A stretch of DNA of 64,000 nt from Pavona decussata (GCA_977016875.1 CDRNST010000095.1:806001-870000), one strand, 5' to 3'. Counted from the stretch's first letter, positions 39,420-53,100 are shown. Notes: a model not told the origin generated them from the sequence alone. Numbers and translations: made by a program.

Positions 39420-40575
39420 AATCCAAAATCCATCTGCGATATTGAAAGTAGATATTCTGAGAGGTCAGTCGTAACGAAAGTGCATTGAGCTACCACTGCG
39501 ATGCAACATATATATTTTTAGCTTTCAGGATTCCTTCATCCTTCATGTCACCTTAAATAAGGTTATCTCGTTAAGAACGATGGCTTTAGTTACAATGTTC
39601 TTTTCAAAGCTGTTGACGCAAAGGGACTTTTTTTTTGCAAATGTAACAAAATTATGAAACTAGACAGGCAAGCAAATTTCTGGTAACTGAGGTTTGGACG
39701 GAGAGAAACTCACAAATACGAGACTTGCGTTCATTAACTTAATTCCCTTCTGTTTGCCAGATATCTAGTTTAAACTGAATTGTTCCGCTGATTTTCCGTC
39801 AATAGGCTGATCTAACGTTTCATTCAGCTGAAGTACAGAGTAATGTATGGAATGCTGTTCAAGTGAAATCAAAGTTAACCCTTTCTTACTGATCAAGCGG
39901 TGCGGGGTATACATGTAATTTCATTTCGCCAAACAGTCAAATATGAGAGTGCTAGCGATAATCAACTTTCTTTTGCGGAACTCAATGAGCTAAACAAAAA
40001 AATCTTAGAAAAGTGGCTCCTAAGATGAGAATGAGACGCGCTTTGATCATTGGTGTAAAAACTACTGAGGAATACTTCCACGAGGTAATGCACATTGTGT
40101 AAAATTTTAGTCCAGCGATCGAAGCTCATTTTGGCATTTTCAAACGAACTACTATACCTGGCATTTCTTCCGTGTAGCCGTACTAGAAAATTGGCTAATT
40201 TATGGTCCGTCCAATCAAACTCCGATCGAGAACTGCATGCACTCGTCAAAACTCGCATCATATCAGTTAACAACGGGCGCTGAGCTGTCTAGAAAAGGCC
40301 TTACCACTTAGGAATTGACCGCGCAACAACTGACCTTAACCAAGTGAACTAGCGGTTAAGCTGCATATTATCTAAGGTTTACATGAGCAGATGAGGTTGG
40401 TGTTGTTTCTTAGAGTAATCAAGTCAATTAAATTTGTTTTAAAAAACCCGACTCTTACCTTGCGTACTATGTGAGAAGTCCAGAGGCTTCAAAATGCTCT
40501 TGGCTCTGTAATCCAGCCGAATGAGTCGTTTAGTAATGTGTGGGTGTGTTTTATGCACATGGAGGTGTCATGTGA
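39420..40575. repeat. ~1.15-kb local segmental duplication, copy 1
   Basis: Colinear with 49963-51100 from aatccaaaatccatctg to ggaggtgtcatgtga. Confidence 0.92.
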
Positions 40576-41606
40576 TTGGAGAGTAATGTCAAGGTGGAAT
40601 GAGGAAGAAAAAAAATCTTGGCGACATCTTGCTGCTCATTAAATTTATTCCCCTCGGGTGTTTAGAAAAAAAAAATAATGCTGTGTAGCCATATTATCAG
40701 ACTGAAATTAGATAGACGAACTGCATTACATTAAAAACTTGCGCAATCTGAGATATTCGGCGATTTTCACTATCTTTTTACCCTTTTTTTTTCTTTTAAA
40801 CAAAAATGTTCAGTTTGTTATTAAATCAACTCAAACATCGATTTATCCCTAATCGCTGAAATCCGGACGTGTAAACATTTCAGTATGAAAATTGTTAACT
40901 ACAGTAAATGTACCCTCCTGAAGTAAAACATTAAATATACTGTCTCCTGCGGTAAAAGTACGTACTCTCCTAAAGTAAATGTACTCTCCTTTACTATGCA
41001 AGGTCGTTTTCAATTAGTGTTTAAAGACGTAAATAAAATCCTCTCGTTTTACTATAGATGCCAAGCATTTTTTTCTTGGGGTTCTGTTTATTGCAGCATA
41101 AAATTGGCTTTACTTTTTAAGGATGACTTCTAACGCTGAATGCGTCTTGAAACTCACGAAAACGTTTCAGCTCTAAGACGGAAACGATACAGTTTGGAGT
41201 TAAATCTCTGAACTGGCGTTTTGGAAAGGTTTTACTTATCGTGTCCAGTTGCTGTCAATCTTCAGAGCCTTTATCGTATACAAAATATTTTGACGGAACT
41301 TATCCCTTCAATTCAAATCAGTTTATTAAAATTCGTAGGTCAAGTCGCAAGGACCAAAAGTTGATCCCCGCGGGTTGACTTCTTAAGGAAAATGAATAAT
41401 TCGCACATTTAGAAACGTCCTGGGTCTGGGGACGTTTTTCAATGTAAATGTGTGATTTACAGCAAGCACGAGTTTGTTTGAATCGTTAAGTTAATGTTTT
41501 GTCGTCTGGGTACATCTTGGTTAGCATCTGTTTCGGGAGGCATTATATTGCCTCAGAAATTCGGTTTAGTTTAAAAAAAAAAGTGTAGTTTTCGTTTTCG
41601 GATGAG

Positions 41607-41607
<1 letters not shown>

Positions 41608-41680
<73 letters not shown>
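41608..41680. repeat. (ATT)n microsatellite
   Basis: Direct tandem repeat. Confidence 0.95.
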
Positions 41681-41682
<2 letters not shown>

Positions 41683-43575
41683 CGTCTCGTTAAAAAAAAA
41701 ATGCGAAATTAGGTCACCTATAATCTTGAGCAGAAGTAGTTGAGAAAAAATGTGAATTGTGCACATGGAGTTCAATTGCCCTGTCTGGTGGAGAGAGGAA
41801 AACCTTCACTCCCCCACTTTCCCTTCCCCTCATTTAATGTTCCTTAATCAGTGCAGTGGCGCACTCAACACTGATAAGCCAGAGTGAGGTTGTCCAATAT
41901 TGTGGAAAGATTAAAATTCTGTGCGCCAATACGTAAAGCATTTGTTGGTTAGGCGTGCGTTTGGCTGAGATTAGCTACTATAGCTATATGGAATGTTTGT
42001 AACTGAACAAGATGGCCATCTGTAGTGTTCAACCTAAAGAAAACCTTTGGCCTAGATGTTTGTCATTTAAATGATAAACCTTTTAGCGTCGTTTCCGAAC
42101 GGCATTGTATTTCTTGGTCAGTATGATTCGCGCGGGAATTTAAGAGAGATCAGGCCGTCACGTGAAACACACTTAATTTCGGCGTGTTGAAAAAACTTTT
42201 TCCGAAAGAAGTACACGGCGCTTCGTTTCTTTACAACAGAAATTCCTGGAGATGAAAGAAGTCGCTTTATCACGGGCAGAACATTTTTGCAGTCTAATTT
42301 TATACTTAGCCTACCTTGACCTCCGTTCCCTCAATCTCACCGTCACACGTGTTCCGAGTCTCCACGATCTACAATAATGTTTAGATCTCCAAAGATAACA
42401 TTGAATGCTCTGTCACACAGTATATCAAAAACGCAGAAATCCATTGGGGTCAAACTTTTGGCGGCGAGAAGTATACCGAAACAACGCGTTCAGTCTTATT
42501 TTATTGTTTCCGTATTTCTGGTAATCTATCTCGTACTATGTACCGAACAGTCCAGCTGTAAAAATTTTTCTAACATATGCCGATCATTCAAGACTTTCGA
42601 TGCATTAATTTGTTACGCTCACGATTGATTTCCATGGGGTCATGGAATGTCCTACAACGCCGCTAAATCAATCTGGGCTATCCTTGTATATCCGTAGAAG
42701 CTGATCTTCCGGTGTTTTACATCCTTAATCGGTTAATTTCTGCGTTTCAGCAGGTCTCAGTGCTTCTGTGACAACTGACACAAGCATATCAACGGTTTGA
42801 TGTTGCAAACATCAAGTATCATAAATTACTTCCTGGTTATTTCTATTTTAACTGGAGCAAAGCTACTTGAAAAATGTATTAGTCTTTGCGGTTCGTGTTT
42901 GCGGGTTAATCCCTCGGGCAAGTAAACTTAGCCTTCATTGCGTGAACACTAACACTGTTAGTGTTAACACTGCTGAGCGCTTTACTGTGGGAAATAATAT
43001 TGCATAACTGTTTAAACGCTTTTTGAAAAAAAAAAAGACAGAAAAATAAGTTATTGCCGCAAGTACGAGCTTGACGCCTATCTTTTTTGTATTAGTCTTT
43101 GCGGTTAATTCCTTGGGCAAGTAAACTTAACCTTCAATGCGTGAACACTTACAGCGCTTTACTATGAGAAGTAATATTGCATAACTGTGCCTTAAGAGTT
43201 AACGATGCCGCAAACATTAAGTTGAGAGCTGTTATCTCCCCGAACGTTTGTCCTCAACGTCGGTGTTACCGGTCTTTTACGCTGAGCTACAACAATTGAG
43301 CCTAAACTCAATTGAATCGAACACTGGTCCTTCAAACAGACTATCTTTCTTTCAGAATCTCAACGACTACCCGTAACTCAGTCCTGCATGCTTGCGCTCA
43401 AAGGTCACACAAGTAATTATATCTCGCTCTCTAATAACATAAGCTTGGACTGCTTGTGATCTCGTTCACGAGTCCTGTCATTAGCAATCGAAGGAGCAAA
43501 CTGTTAGCTCCATGATACTGGCGGTGGGTCCAATCTCAAAGACCTCTTTAGCTTCTTCCCTGTCTCATACCAGCA

Positions 43576-44679
43576 GAGTTTGCTCGTTGCACGAGTCAAG
43601 TTCGAGCCCGAGTCAAGTTCGAGTCACGAGTCAAGTTCGAGTCAGGTTCCGTTTCTTCTGTTTTCTTTTTCCTTTTGCTTCGTTTTCGTCTTGATCAAAG
43701 GCTGTGATTGTGATCATTGCTTTCATAACGATGTGCCGACTGAGGTTCGAAGCATTAAACATGAACGAGATAATATTGCCAACGCGATCGCGAGAATTCA
43801 TTGTTGGTAGCAAAATATCCACAGTCACCATTCATTCTCGCCTTCTATAATTTTCCTGAAAGGGTTTGTCCAATGTTGTTGGCTACTAAAGCTTCAATCA
43901 CCATGCCTTGTGAAACCCCCTTGTTAGAAAAATTAAAAATTCCCATGGGAGTCTACATTTTACCCACGAAGGGTATAGATTCCATGCTATGATATCCTGG
44001 GTGTCCTGTGGACGCAACGAGATGGCGCTTGAGTCAGGTAGGTTAAATACTTTTTTACTGTCCGTTTTCTCAATCGTGGAAATAGAATCTCTGTTTCAGG
44101 TGTATGCACTGCTACAGGTCTTAATTTTCCTAGGAAATTTATGAACACTAACGGGGATGTCGTCAAGAGACTACATAGTCTCTTGATGTCGTATATTTTT
44201 GCAAAGTAGCAGTGAATCACAGTGGTAATGGCTCTAGAGATCGATAACGAAAAATTTGCGAATCTGAAAGTTAATTTTCAATTCATCATATAAAGGNNNN
44301 NNNNNNNNNNNNNNNNNNNNNNNNNNNNNNNNNNNNNNNNNNNNNNNNNNNNNNNNNNNNNNNNNNNNNNNNNNNNNNNNNNNNNNNNNNNNNNNNNNNN
44401 NNNNNNNNNNNNNNNNNNNNNNNNNNNNNNNNNNNNNNNNNNNNNNNNNNNNNNNNNNNNNNNNNNNNNNNNNNNNNNNNNNNNNNNNNNNNNNNNNNNN
44501 NNNNNNNNNNNNNNNNNNNNNNNNNNNNNNNNNNNNNNNNNNNNNNNNNNNNNNNNNNNNGAAGAAGTACAAGAAGAAGAAGAAGAAGAAGAAGAAGAAA
44601 AGTTAGACCCTGACTCAAACATGGCTCGTGACTCGAACTTTACTCGGGCTCGAGCTTGACTCGCGCTACGAGTAAACTC
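43576..44679. mobile_element. Non-autonomous Mutator-like element (MULE), spans gap 44297-44560
   Basis: ~70-bp TIRs (gagtttgctcgttgcacgagtcaag.. / ..cttgactcgcgctacgagtaaactc) and perfect 9-bp TSD ataccagca (43567-43575, 44680-44688). Confidence 0.85.
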
Positions 44680-45344
44680 ATACCAGCAGCTTTTTGGGCC
44701 TGCGACTTGACGTTTAAGGGACTTTAAGCAACCAAGTTTTCCCTTTATATATCAGCCAATGCCAGCAGCCGGGGTACATCATTTCAACATCGTTTGTCCC
44801 GGGAGTAGGGCATTACAGTAAAACCCGCGAGTAAGAACTGAATTTTAAGAGCCTGTTAGGCTAAAATGTCTTTTTAGACACTCTTCAGATAAGAAGCTGA
44901 ATAAAATAAGCTCTCAGGTGTAGGGAAAAGAAAAACATTCCATATCTTCTAATAGTAAATCAAATCCAAAAATACTTGACTTATTTAGGTGAAATAATTA
45001 AACACTACCGTATAACAATACTGTGTCAGTTGAGGCTGGCCTGTACTGTTAAAAGCGCCATATTGTTATACACATTTGACAGTACCACTAGATTCTTCCA
45101 TCCACTACACTATTTTGTTATCAAGAAAATAACAACCTGTTTATGAACCTATATAGCCTAAATTTCTGTTAAGAGGGTCCTGATGGAGGAGGGAGGGTAC
45201 CAATCCCATTTCCCAGTCGATTTTTTTTCCAAATCCCACTTCCAAGTGCTCAAAACCCATTCAGAATTCTCAGTGTTATACATACAGGTTTTTTTATATT
45301 CGAATCCACAAAATTACGGCTTCTAAATACGACCCAACACTCAG

Positions 45345-46750
45345 TTTAATTATCCAAGAAAATTCATTCCAGTTCTATGGAAAGCACTACCTACAACCCA
45401 TGGTACAGCCATGGGAACAAAAATGGCAGTCGCCTTTGCCGATATCTTTATGCCTAAAGTTGAAACGGAGATTTTAAACCAAAGCGCATTAAAACCGTTT
45501 ATTTGAAAACGATGTATAGACGACATATTTTCCCTCTGGACTTTAATCAGAGAGGAGATAATGCAGTTTATTGAGCAAGCAAACAAAAAACCACCCGAAA
45601 ATTACATTTCAGCTGAAATTTCAGGAACAGAGACGACATTTCTGGTACAAACATTTATAAAGGCGAAAGAAAGGGAAAAAAAAGGGAGTAAGTGGCTATA
45701 TGCAATACGCGCCCTTAAGAAGCGCAGACTAACTGATAGGCAGCTTGTTCTTGTCTATTGTAGTATCATCAGGTCTGTTTTAATAGAGTATGCGAGTCCC
45801 GCTTGGGCTGGCCTCACGCAATACTTAGGTGATCAAATAGAGTCAATACAAAAGAGGGCGCTAAAAATTATTTTTCCTTCTCTGTATTATGAGGATGCGC
45901 TTAAGAAGTCAGGCTTAATCTTGCTGTGCCAGAGGAGGGAGGATGCGTGTATAACATTTCTCAAGCGAAGTTACTCTTCTTCCGACCTGCCACGAAGCTT
46001 AGTGCCGAGAGTTGCGAACACAAGACCGTATACCCTTAGAACAGGAGAATCTGTCTTTGTGGCTGCCTCCGCAAGAACTTACAGATTTGGAAATTTTTGC
46101 ACCATCAAATACCAGAATCTCGTTTAAAATAGCGAAATGTAATATATCTTAACATTAACAGTTATATTTATGTGTCATAATTGTAATATATTTGTACGTA
46201 ATTAATGACCCGCCTTATAATTCAGTTTATGCTGCAAAAAGGTTGAATAAACGATCATTATTATTATTATTATAAGATTGAGAAGCAATTCAATTCTTGA
46301 TGTGCGTACGCACTTCAAAGGCGAGGCTCTTAGACTTCTCAGAAAAAACTATTCTAAAAAAAAAAAATATTCCAAGACGCAAATTCAAAATCCTGAATCA
46401 CGCCTACGGGAAAGAGGTTATCCCGAGAACATTGTTCCGAGGACCCTCTCCGTAGTGCAATTTGAAACAGGAAACTGGCACTCCTTCAAAAACCTAAGGA
46501 GAACAAACGAATCTTGCCTTTCGTTACCCGATACCACCCAGCAGTGCAAAAAAAATAAAATAAAAAAACACACACAAATCCTCATGAAAGACTGGCATTT
46601 AATAGTGCAATAACCATTGCTCAAAGAAATTTACAAAGACCTATCTCTCATTTGTTACAAAAGAGGGCACTCAATCAATACTCGTGATAGCCAAATTATC
46701 AAAAAGGATAAAACACCCGCTAGAGAGTCGTGCAGGCCTGTCACTCTTGT
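45345..46750 (+). mobile_element. Degenerate Penelope-like retroelement RT fragment, interrupted by a LINE 3' end
   Basis: FQFYGKHYLQ/HGTAMGTKMAVAFADIFM..*KRCIDDIFSLW; resumes after 46277 with ..ILDVRTHFKGEALRLLR..RERGYPEN; contains stops and frameshifts. Confidence 0.85.
45672..46275 (+). mobile_element. 5'-truncated CR1/L2-group LINE 3' end
   Basis: LVLVYCSIIRSVLIEYASPAW..IESIQKRALKII..RRE, then 3'UTR with AATAAA and (ATT)n tail. Confidence 0.85.
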
Positions 46751-47930
46751 ACACTTTAAAACACTCCGATAGCAAAACCTGCAAATCCTCTTCGTCTAGT
46801 AAAATCCTCTGTGCCACACATTCCACGAATATTCTTCTCCATCTGGGTTGTTGAACAATCCAATGATAATTCCAGTTTACAGTTCTCAGAGTGAATAACA
46901 ACATGTTGAGTATAAAAAGTACTTAACCATGACAACAGTGCGAGTCTTGCACGACAACTCTGCTCCCGCCGTCGATCCTGCAATGTTGTTTAATTTGTAT
47001 TATAGAAATACGCATTCTCTGTAGACTTTTGGCTTTACACGCACCACTGTACACAAATATTTTTGACCGCAAATCGATCGGCGAGAAATAAAACGTGCGG
47101 AAGCTGGCTCATGCTAAAAATTGGTGTTTGAGCACTTTTTTGACTTTTCTCAACCCTAGGAAATAGGTGATGTCTCGACTAGTCATGGCGGATGGTTACA
47201 AAATATTTATCTTATTCCCATTTTTGACATTTTTCCATTTCCAGTGACCAAATCCCAGTCCCACTGACCCAAATCCCATTTTCCTAGGGCTAAAACAGGC
47301 CAATCACATTTTCCATTTTACCCCTTCAGGACCCTCTGTTAGGCGCCGTTTATATAAGTGTGTGTTGAGGCTCACTTGGAAAAATACAGTTCTTACTTGC
47401 GGGTTTTACTGTACAGTATTCTATACCCGGGTCCTGTCGATCTCACTTCACAATACTATCGCTTTGTTTTTAGAGAGAAGTTCATCAGCAAAGACAATAA
47501 ATTACTGATTTACTCGACTGAGGAGGACATAAATGAGATGTTAGATGCTCACGCCACAATACTGAGAAATAAGACTTGGCCGCGACTTAGTTCAATTGGT
47601 AGTATTATTTTTATTACAACAAAGGCAAGCCCAGAAACGAAGAAATCAACGGCTCTAGAATAAAGGACGAGCGTGTTTGACTTCCAAAATTCTTTCTTGG
47701 ATAATCTTAAGCCAACATCAAGTGCAATATATTTCGCGGCAATCTATCCGGTGTTTAAGCCGGGAAACAGACCTTAAATTTAGAAACGACCTTAAAACCG
47801 TTTTGACTTATTTGTCAGTGAATTTTGTTAGGTGATCTTTTGGGGGAAAAGGGGGGGGGGGGGGGGGATCCTCAGAATCCTCTGTAGGGGTGTGCCGCAC
47901 GAAACGATCTTAGTTCTTGCTATATAAATC

Positions 47931-49960
47931 CAACAAGATGCCTATACTGGCATTTACGCGTGATGCTGTGAATGTTTCATTCATTCCAACTGTATGCTTC
48001 GCAGATTGATAAAACTATCCTTGCTAATGGGATTGGTTGAGTCACGAAAATCGCGTTATGTTGTGGCCCTTGTGCTAAGCTACTTTTGGTTGTACCGGAA
48101 ATTTCGGAAATGCCATTTCAATAACGTAAGCTTATCAATGCCATTCTCAGATCAGTCTCCCATCGTGGTTCTAAAACTGTCCAACAAAGCACGATTCCTT
48201 CGCCAGAAACTCCCCACAATGTTGCCCTCAGGGCATCACGCGTAACGAGTTAAAAATTCAAAGATGCACATTTCAGGCTACCATGAAGAAAAAAAAGGAG
48301 ATGCCTATACTGGGATTTACATGCGATGCTGATTTCCACCGTTTTAACCGTCGAGTGCTTCTTAGAAGTTATTCTATCTATTTACCGCTTTGACAGGTTC
48401 AATTTCCTTTTTGAGAACGGCTTAGTGGAGTCTAAAACATGTAAACAAGATGTCCACCACAATGCTGTGCTCAGGGCATCACGCGTAACGAGTTAAAAAT
48501 TGAAAGACGCACATTTCAGGCTACCATAAAGAAAAAAAAAACAAGATGCCTATACTGGAATTTACGCGTGATCCTGTGTCTGATTCATTTATTCCAATTG
48601 CATGCTTCGCAAATTGATAAAACTATCCTTAAAGTCCCATCTTGGTTCTAGAACTGTCAAACAAAGCACGATTCCTTCACCAGGAACTCTCCAACTTGCA
48701 CCGTTTAAAAGGTCGAGTACTTCTTAAAAGGTATTCTTTCGATTTCCCGGTTTAAAATGGATACAGTTTCGTTTGCAAACGGAACATTTGAGCCCACAAC
48801 ATGTTAACAATATGGCGCCACAAATTTAATGCGAGATTAATGAATAAATCAAATGATGCTTTGACGTCACACAGGTAGAGGTGAGAGGGTCCCCTCTCTC
48901 TTGATATACGCGATAAGAATGGATTTTGATTGGCCGGCTTTTGCTGAAGACAATCAGAACAATACATCTAATCTTTACTAGGAGAGGGCAGAGTTTAATG
49001 AATAAATTAATGTGCAGATTTGTGGCTACGACGAAGAAGAAAAAGATAAGACAAAATGCCTATACTGGCATTTACGCGTGATGCTGTGACTGATTCATTT
49101 ATTCCAGTTGTATGCTTTGCAGATTAATAAAACCATCCTTGCTAATGAATTAGTTTGAGTCACGAAGATCGCGTTATGTTGTTTCCCTTGTGCATGTGTT
49201 AAGCTACCTATGGTTTTACCGGAAATTCCGGAAATTCCATTACGAAAACGTAAGCTTATCAATGACCTTTCTCAGTCTCCCATCTTGGAATAAAACTGTC
49301 AAACAAAGCACGATTCCTTCGCCAGGAACTCACCAATTCCCACCGTTTTAAATGTCGAGTGCTTCTTAGAAGTTATTCTTTCGATTTACCGCTTCAAAAT
49401 ATTTAATTTTCCATTTGAAAACGGCACACTTGAGTCCACAACATGGTAACAATATGGCGCCACAAATTTAATCCGAGATTAATGAATAAATCAAATGACG
49501 CTTTGACGTCACACAGGTGTCCCCTAAGTCGTGATATACGCGTCAAGAATGGATTTTGATCGGCCTGCTTTGTTAACACAATAAGAACAATACATCCCTA
49601 CCAGGAGAGGGGAGGGTTCGATGAATAAATTAATGTGCAGATTTGTGGCTACGACGAAGAAAAAGAAATCTACCCGTTTTTAGACACGATATGCCCCTGA
49701 GGGCATCCCTCGTGAAACGCGACAAAGATATCGAGCCCTTTTTTAAGACACGTGCTGTCGTCAGGGCATCACGCATTAAAACGACAAAGATATTTAGCCC
49801 ATTTTAAGACACGTGCTGCCCTCAGGGCATCACGCGTAAAAACGAAGAAGATATCGAGCCCATTTTAAGACACGTGCTGCCCTCAGGGCATCACGCGTAA
49901 AAACGAAGAAGATATCGAGCCCATGTTAAGACACGTGCTGCCCTCAGGGCATTACGCATA
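47931..49960. repeat. Complex array of aacaagatgcctatactgg-headed units plus ~59-bp minisatellite (49680-49960); possibly Helentron/HINE-like
   Basis: Unit heads at ~47932, 48298, 48540 and 49050; inverted motif ttacgcgtgatgc / gcatcacgcgtaa; about five tandem copies of ttaagacacgtgctgccctcagggcatcacgcg... Confidence 0.75.
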
Positions 49961-49962
49961 AT

Positions 49963-51100
49963 AATCCAAAATCCATCTGTGATATTGAAAGTAGACATTC
50001 TTAGAGGTCAGTCCTAACGAAAGTGCATTGAGCTACCACTGCGATGCAACATATTTTTAGCTTTTGAGAATTCCTTCACCCTTCATGTAACCTAATTAGG
50101 TTATCTCTTAAAGAACGATTGGTGAAAGTTACAATGTTCTTTTCAAAGCTTTTGACGTAGAGGAACATATGTAACAAAATTATGAAACTAGACAGGCAAG
50201 CAAATTTCCGGTAACTGAGGTTTGGAAGGATGGAAAATCACAAATACGAGACTTGTGCTCATTAACTTAACTTCCTTCTGTTTGCCAGGTATCTAGTTTC
50301 AACTGAATTGTTCCAGAGATTTTCGGTAAACAGGCTGATCTAACGTCTCCGCTATAGTGCAAGGCCATGTGTGGAATGCTGTTCAAGTCAAATCAAAGTT
50401 AACCCTTTCTTACTGATCGTGCAGTGCGGAGTATACATGTAATTTCATTTCGTCAAATAGTCAAAGATGAGATCAGAGTGGTAGCGATAAACAACTTTCT
50501 TAGAAAAGTGACTCTTACGGATGAGAATGAAACGCGCTTTGATCATTGGTGTTAAAACTACTGATTTTTATACATTGTGTAACATTTTAGTTCAGTGGTC
50601 GAGGCTCCTTGGCATTTTCAAACGAAGGCCAACTGGCATTTCTTCCGTCTAGCCTTCCTGAAATTTGGCTAATATTTGTTCCTTTTTTAAATTAACTGGC
50701 ATGGATACAAAAAAAGGTGGATACAACCAATCAAACTCCGATCGTTAACTGCATGCACTCTTCAAAGCTCGTATAATGTCGTTATTAACGGGTACTGGCT
50801 AGCCGAGACTGAAATCATTCCACTAAGTAATTGACCGCGCAAAAACTGACCTTCATCAAGTGAACTAGTGGTTAAGCTGCATATTATGTAAGGATTAGGA
50901 GCAGACGAGGTTGGTGTTGTTTCTTAGGCGTTTCTCGAGTGATCAAGTCAATTGAATTTGTTTTAAAAAAACCCGACTCTTACCTTGCGCACTATGCGAA
51001 ATGTCCAGATACTTCACAATGCTCTTGGCTCTGTAATCCAGCCAAATGGGCCGTTTAGTAATGTGTGGGTATGTTTTATGCACCCGGAGGTGTCATGTGA
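49963..51100. repeat. ~1.15-kb local segmental duplication, copy 2
   Basis: Colinear with 39420-40575 with substitutions and indels. Confidence 0.92.
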
Positions 51101-51499
51101 CAGTTGTCACAGCAAGGCTGAGATTTGCCCAAGGCGCAGAAATTAATCAATTAAGGCCAAGAGAGGGCTTGACACCGGAAGATCAGCTGGCGTCGTAGGA
51201 CATTCGATAATTCCATGAAAACAAATCACTGGGTGAACAAATTTATGCATCGACTGGGCCTGACTGCAATGGCGTGCGGATGCAATTTGTAAAAGCTCCA
51301 TACTAAAATGGTTTTTTAGCCCAAACGGTACTACTGTAGCACCTTCTACAGAGTAGTTGGCCTTGCAAGTTAAAAAGTTTATCCCATGCAACAGAGGCAG
51401 TTTTCTTAGTAGATATCTGCATGGGCAAAAAAACATACGAAATCGAGTTTGAGTTCATCTGTCGAAGAAGACGATATGACCGCTTCGAATTACCAATCC

Positions 51500-53100
51500 T
51501 TAAAACGCTCTATCGACGCTCTAAATCAAACCATGCGATGACCATGGGCCTAGCGAAAATCCCCGATGATGTCGATAACCTGAGGCTCGAATTCAAGACA
51601 GAGCTAGTCGGTATCAAAAGCACTATTAAGGACCTTGAAACAAGCCTAAACAGCTCACAACATAATGTCGAAGACTTGGAGGGGAATGGGAAGAAGATGA
51701 CTGAAGACCATACAAAGACTACCGAAGACTTGAAGAGTTTGAACATAACACGGCAAGACTTGGACAGTACACGCGGCGAGAAAATCTTCGTTTTAATATG
51801 ATAACCTAATCGGAAGAGGTGGATTCCAAAGCTCTCATTGTTGACATAATTCATAAGGAGTTGGCAATAGATGTTTCTGGTATAAGATTTCATGCAGTTC
51901 AACGAGTCGGCAAACAAATGGAAGGTAGACCGCGGCCAATTATAGCTCGGTTTGTTTGTCGCGAGGACAGAGAGAAACGTATGGTTGAACTGCTGTAAGA
52001 AAAATTATTCAGTCGATTGTGGAATGTTTTTCTTTATTCTATCTTTGACACGGGCAAAAAAACCTTTTTAGGTGATGACAACCTTAAACACCCACAAAAT
52101 CCGCTGGGAACTCCGCGGCGGTCCAACAATAGAAAATTTTAATTTCTGTGACACGTTATTTCTTTCTTTTTTGTGCGTGTGTATATGGAAATACTATTTT
52201 TGTTTTTAGCGATTTTTTTTGTACTGTTTCAACTACATGGCTTTCGGACGTTTGACTACCCCCGGTAGAAATGGACCTCCAGATAGGCTGCCTTAATGTG
52301 CGAGGCATAGGGGACAAACAAGAACGAAGAGAAATGTTCAACTGGCTCAGAGCAAAGAACTTTTCTATTTATTTGCTACAAGAGGTGCATTGTTCTGAAA
52401 ATACAACAGCAATTTGGTGAGCTGAATGGGGTTAGAAGATTTTGTTTAGCTGTTGCTCCAGCGCCGAAGGTGAAGTTGCCATTCTTTTTGACAACAATTT
52501 TGCCTGTCAAATGCAGCAGACTTATTATTTGCGATAACAAAACTGAAGAGAAGTGCATCACCTTGGTCACCACATATGCTCTTAACGATGACGAACCTGC
52601 TTTTTTCAAAAAAATTCGAACATTTACTTGATTTTAGGTGTGATGATTCAATAATCGGTGGAGATTTTAACCTGGTACTAGACCTTAATAAAGATAAAAA
52701 GGGCGACCGTTCCGAAACACACGCAAATTCAGTCAAAACACTGCAAAGCTTTATTACTGAACTGGCTCTGGTAGATGACTGGAGAGTTTTAAACCCTGAT
52801 ACCTCAAGATATAACTGGCGTCGTACGAATCCCGAAATCAATGGAGATTGTATATTTTCCTAGTGAGTCAAAGCATGATGTCCAACATAAAACGAGCTGA
52901 CATTTTGTGTGGTTATAAAACAGATCACTCGATGATAACAATTAATACAGCTCTACACTCAAACCCAAGAGAACCCTGTTTCTGGAAAATGAATTCTTTT
53001 TTTCTTACAGTTGTCAATTATGTGAATCAAATCCGAGTGTTGACTGAATACGAAAGCGATACAAGCGTTAACCCTTCTCTGTTGTGGGAAATGATAAAGC
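51500..53100 (+). mobile_element. Degenerate L1/Tx1-type LINE: ORF1 and APE endonuclease part of ORF2
   Basis: Coiled-coil ORF1 followed by QYTRRENLRF..FHAVQRVGK..RPRPIIARF. ORF2 has LNVRGIGD..LQEVH..IIGGDFNLVLD..KTDHSMI. Multiple stops and frameshifts; no RT seen. Confidence 0.88.

Larger units (their letters stand above)
45172..47337. mobile_element. Non-autonomous DNA element with nested retroelement fragments
   Basis: TIR agagggtcctga / tcaggaccctct with 4-bp flanking direct repeat gtta; internal aatcccatt/cccagt repeats at both ends. Confidence 0.7.

Noticed and set aside
22730-42755. Recurring gtttcagc(tct) word (~22733, 28939, 38709, 41164, 42744), one in a small hairpin at ~38710-38740
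   Set aside because: Too short and irregularly spaced to exceed chance convincingly; the hairpin is too small for a pre-miRNA.
45561-46127. 188-aa ORF as a host gene
   Set aside because: Chance fusion of Penelope and LINE fragments.
49680-49960. CRISPR-like regular repeats
   Set aside because: The 'spacers' are near-identical, so this is a eukaryotic minisatellite; no cas genes are present.
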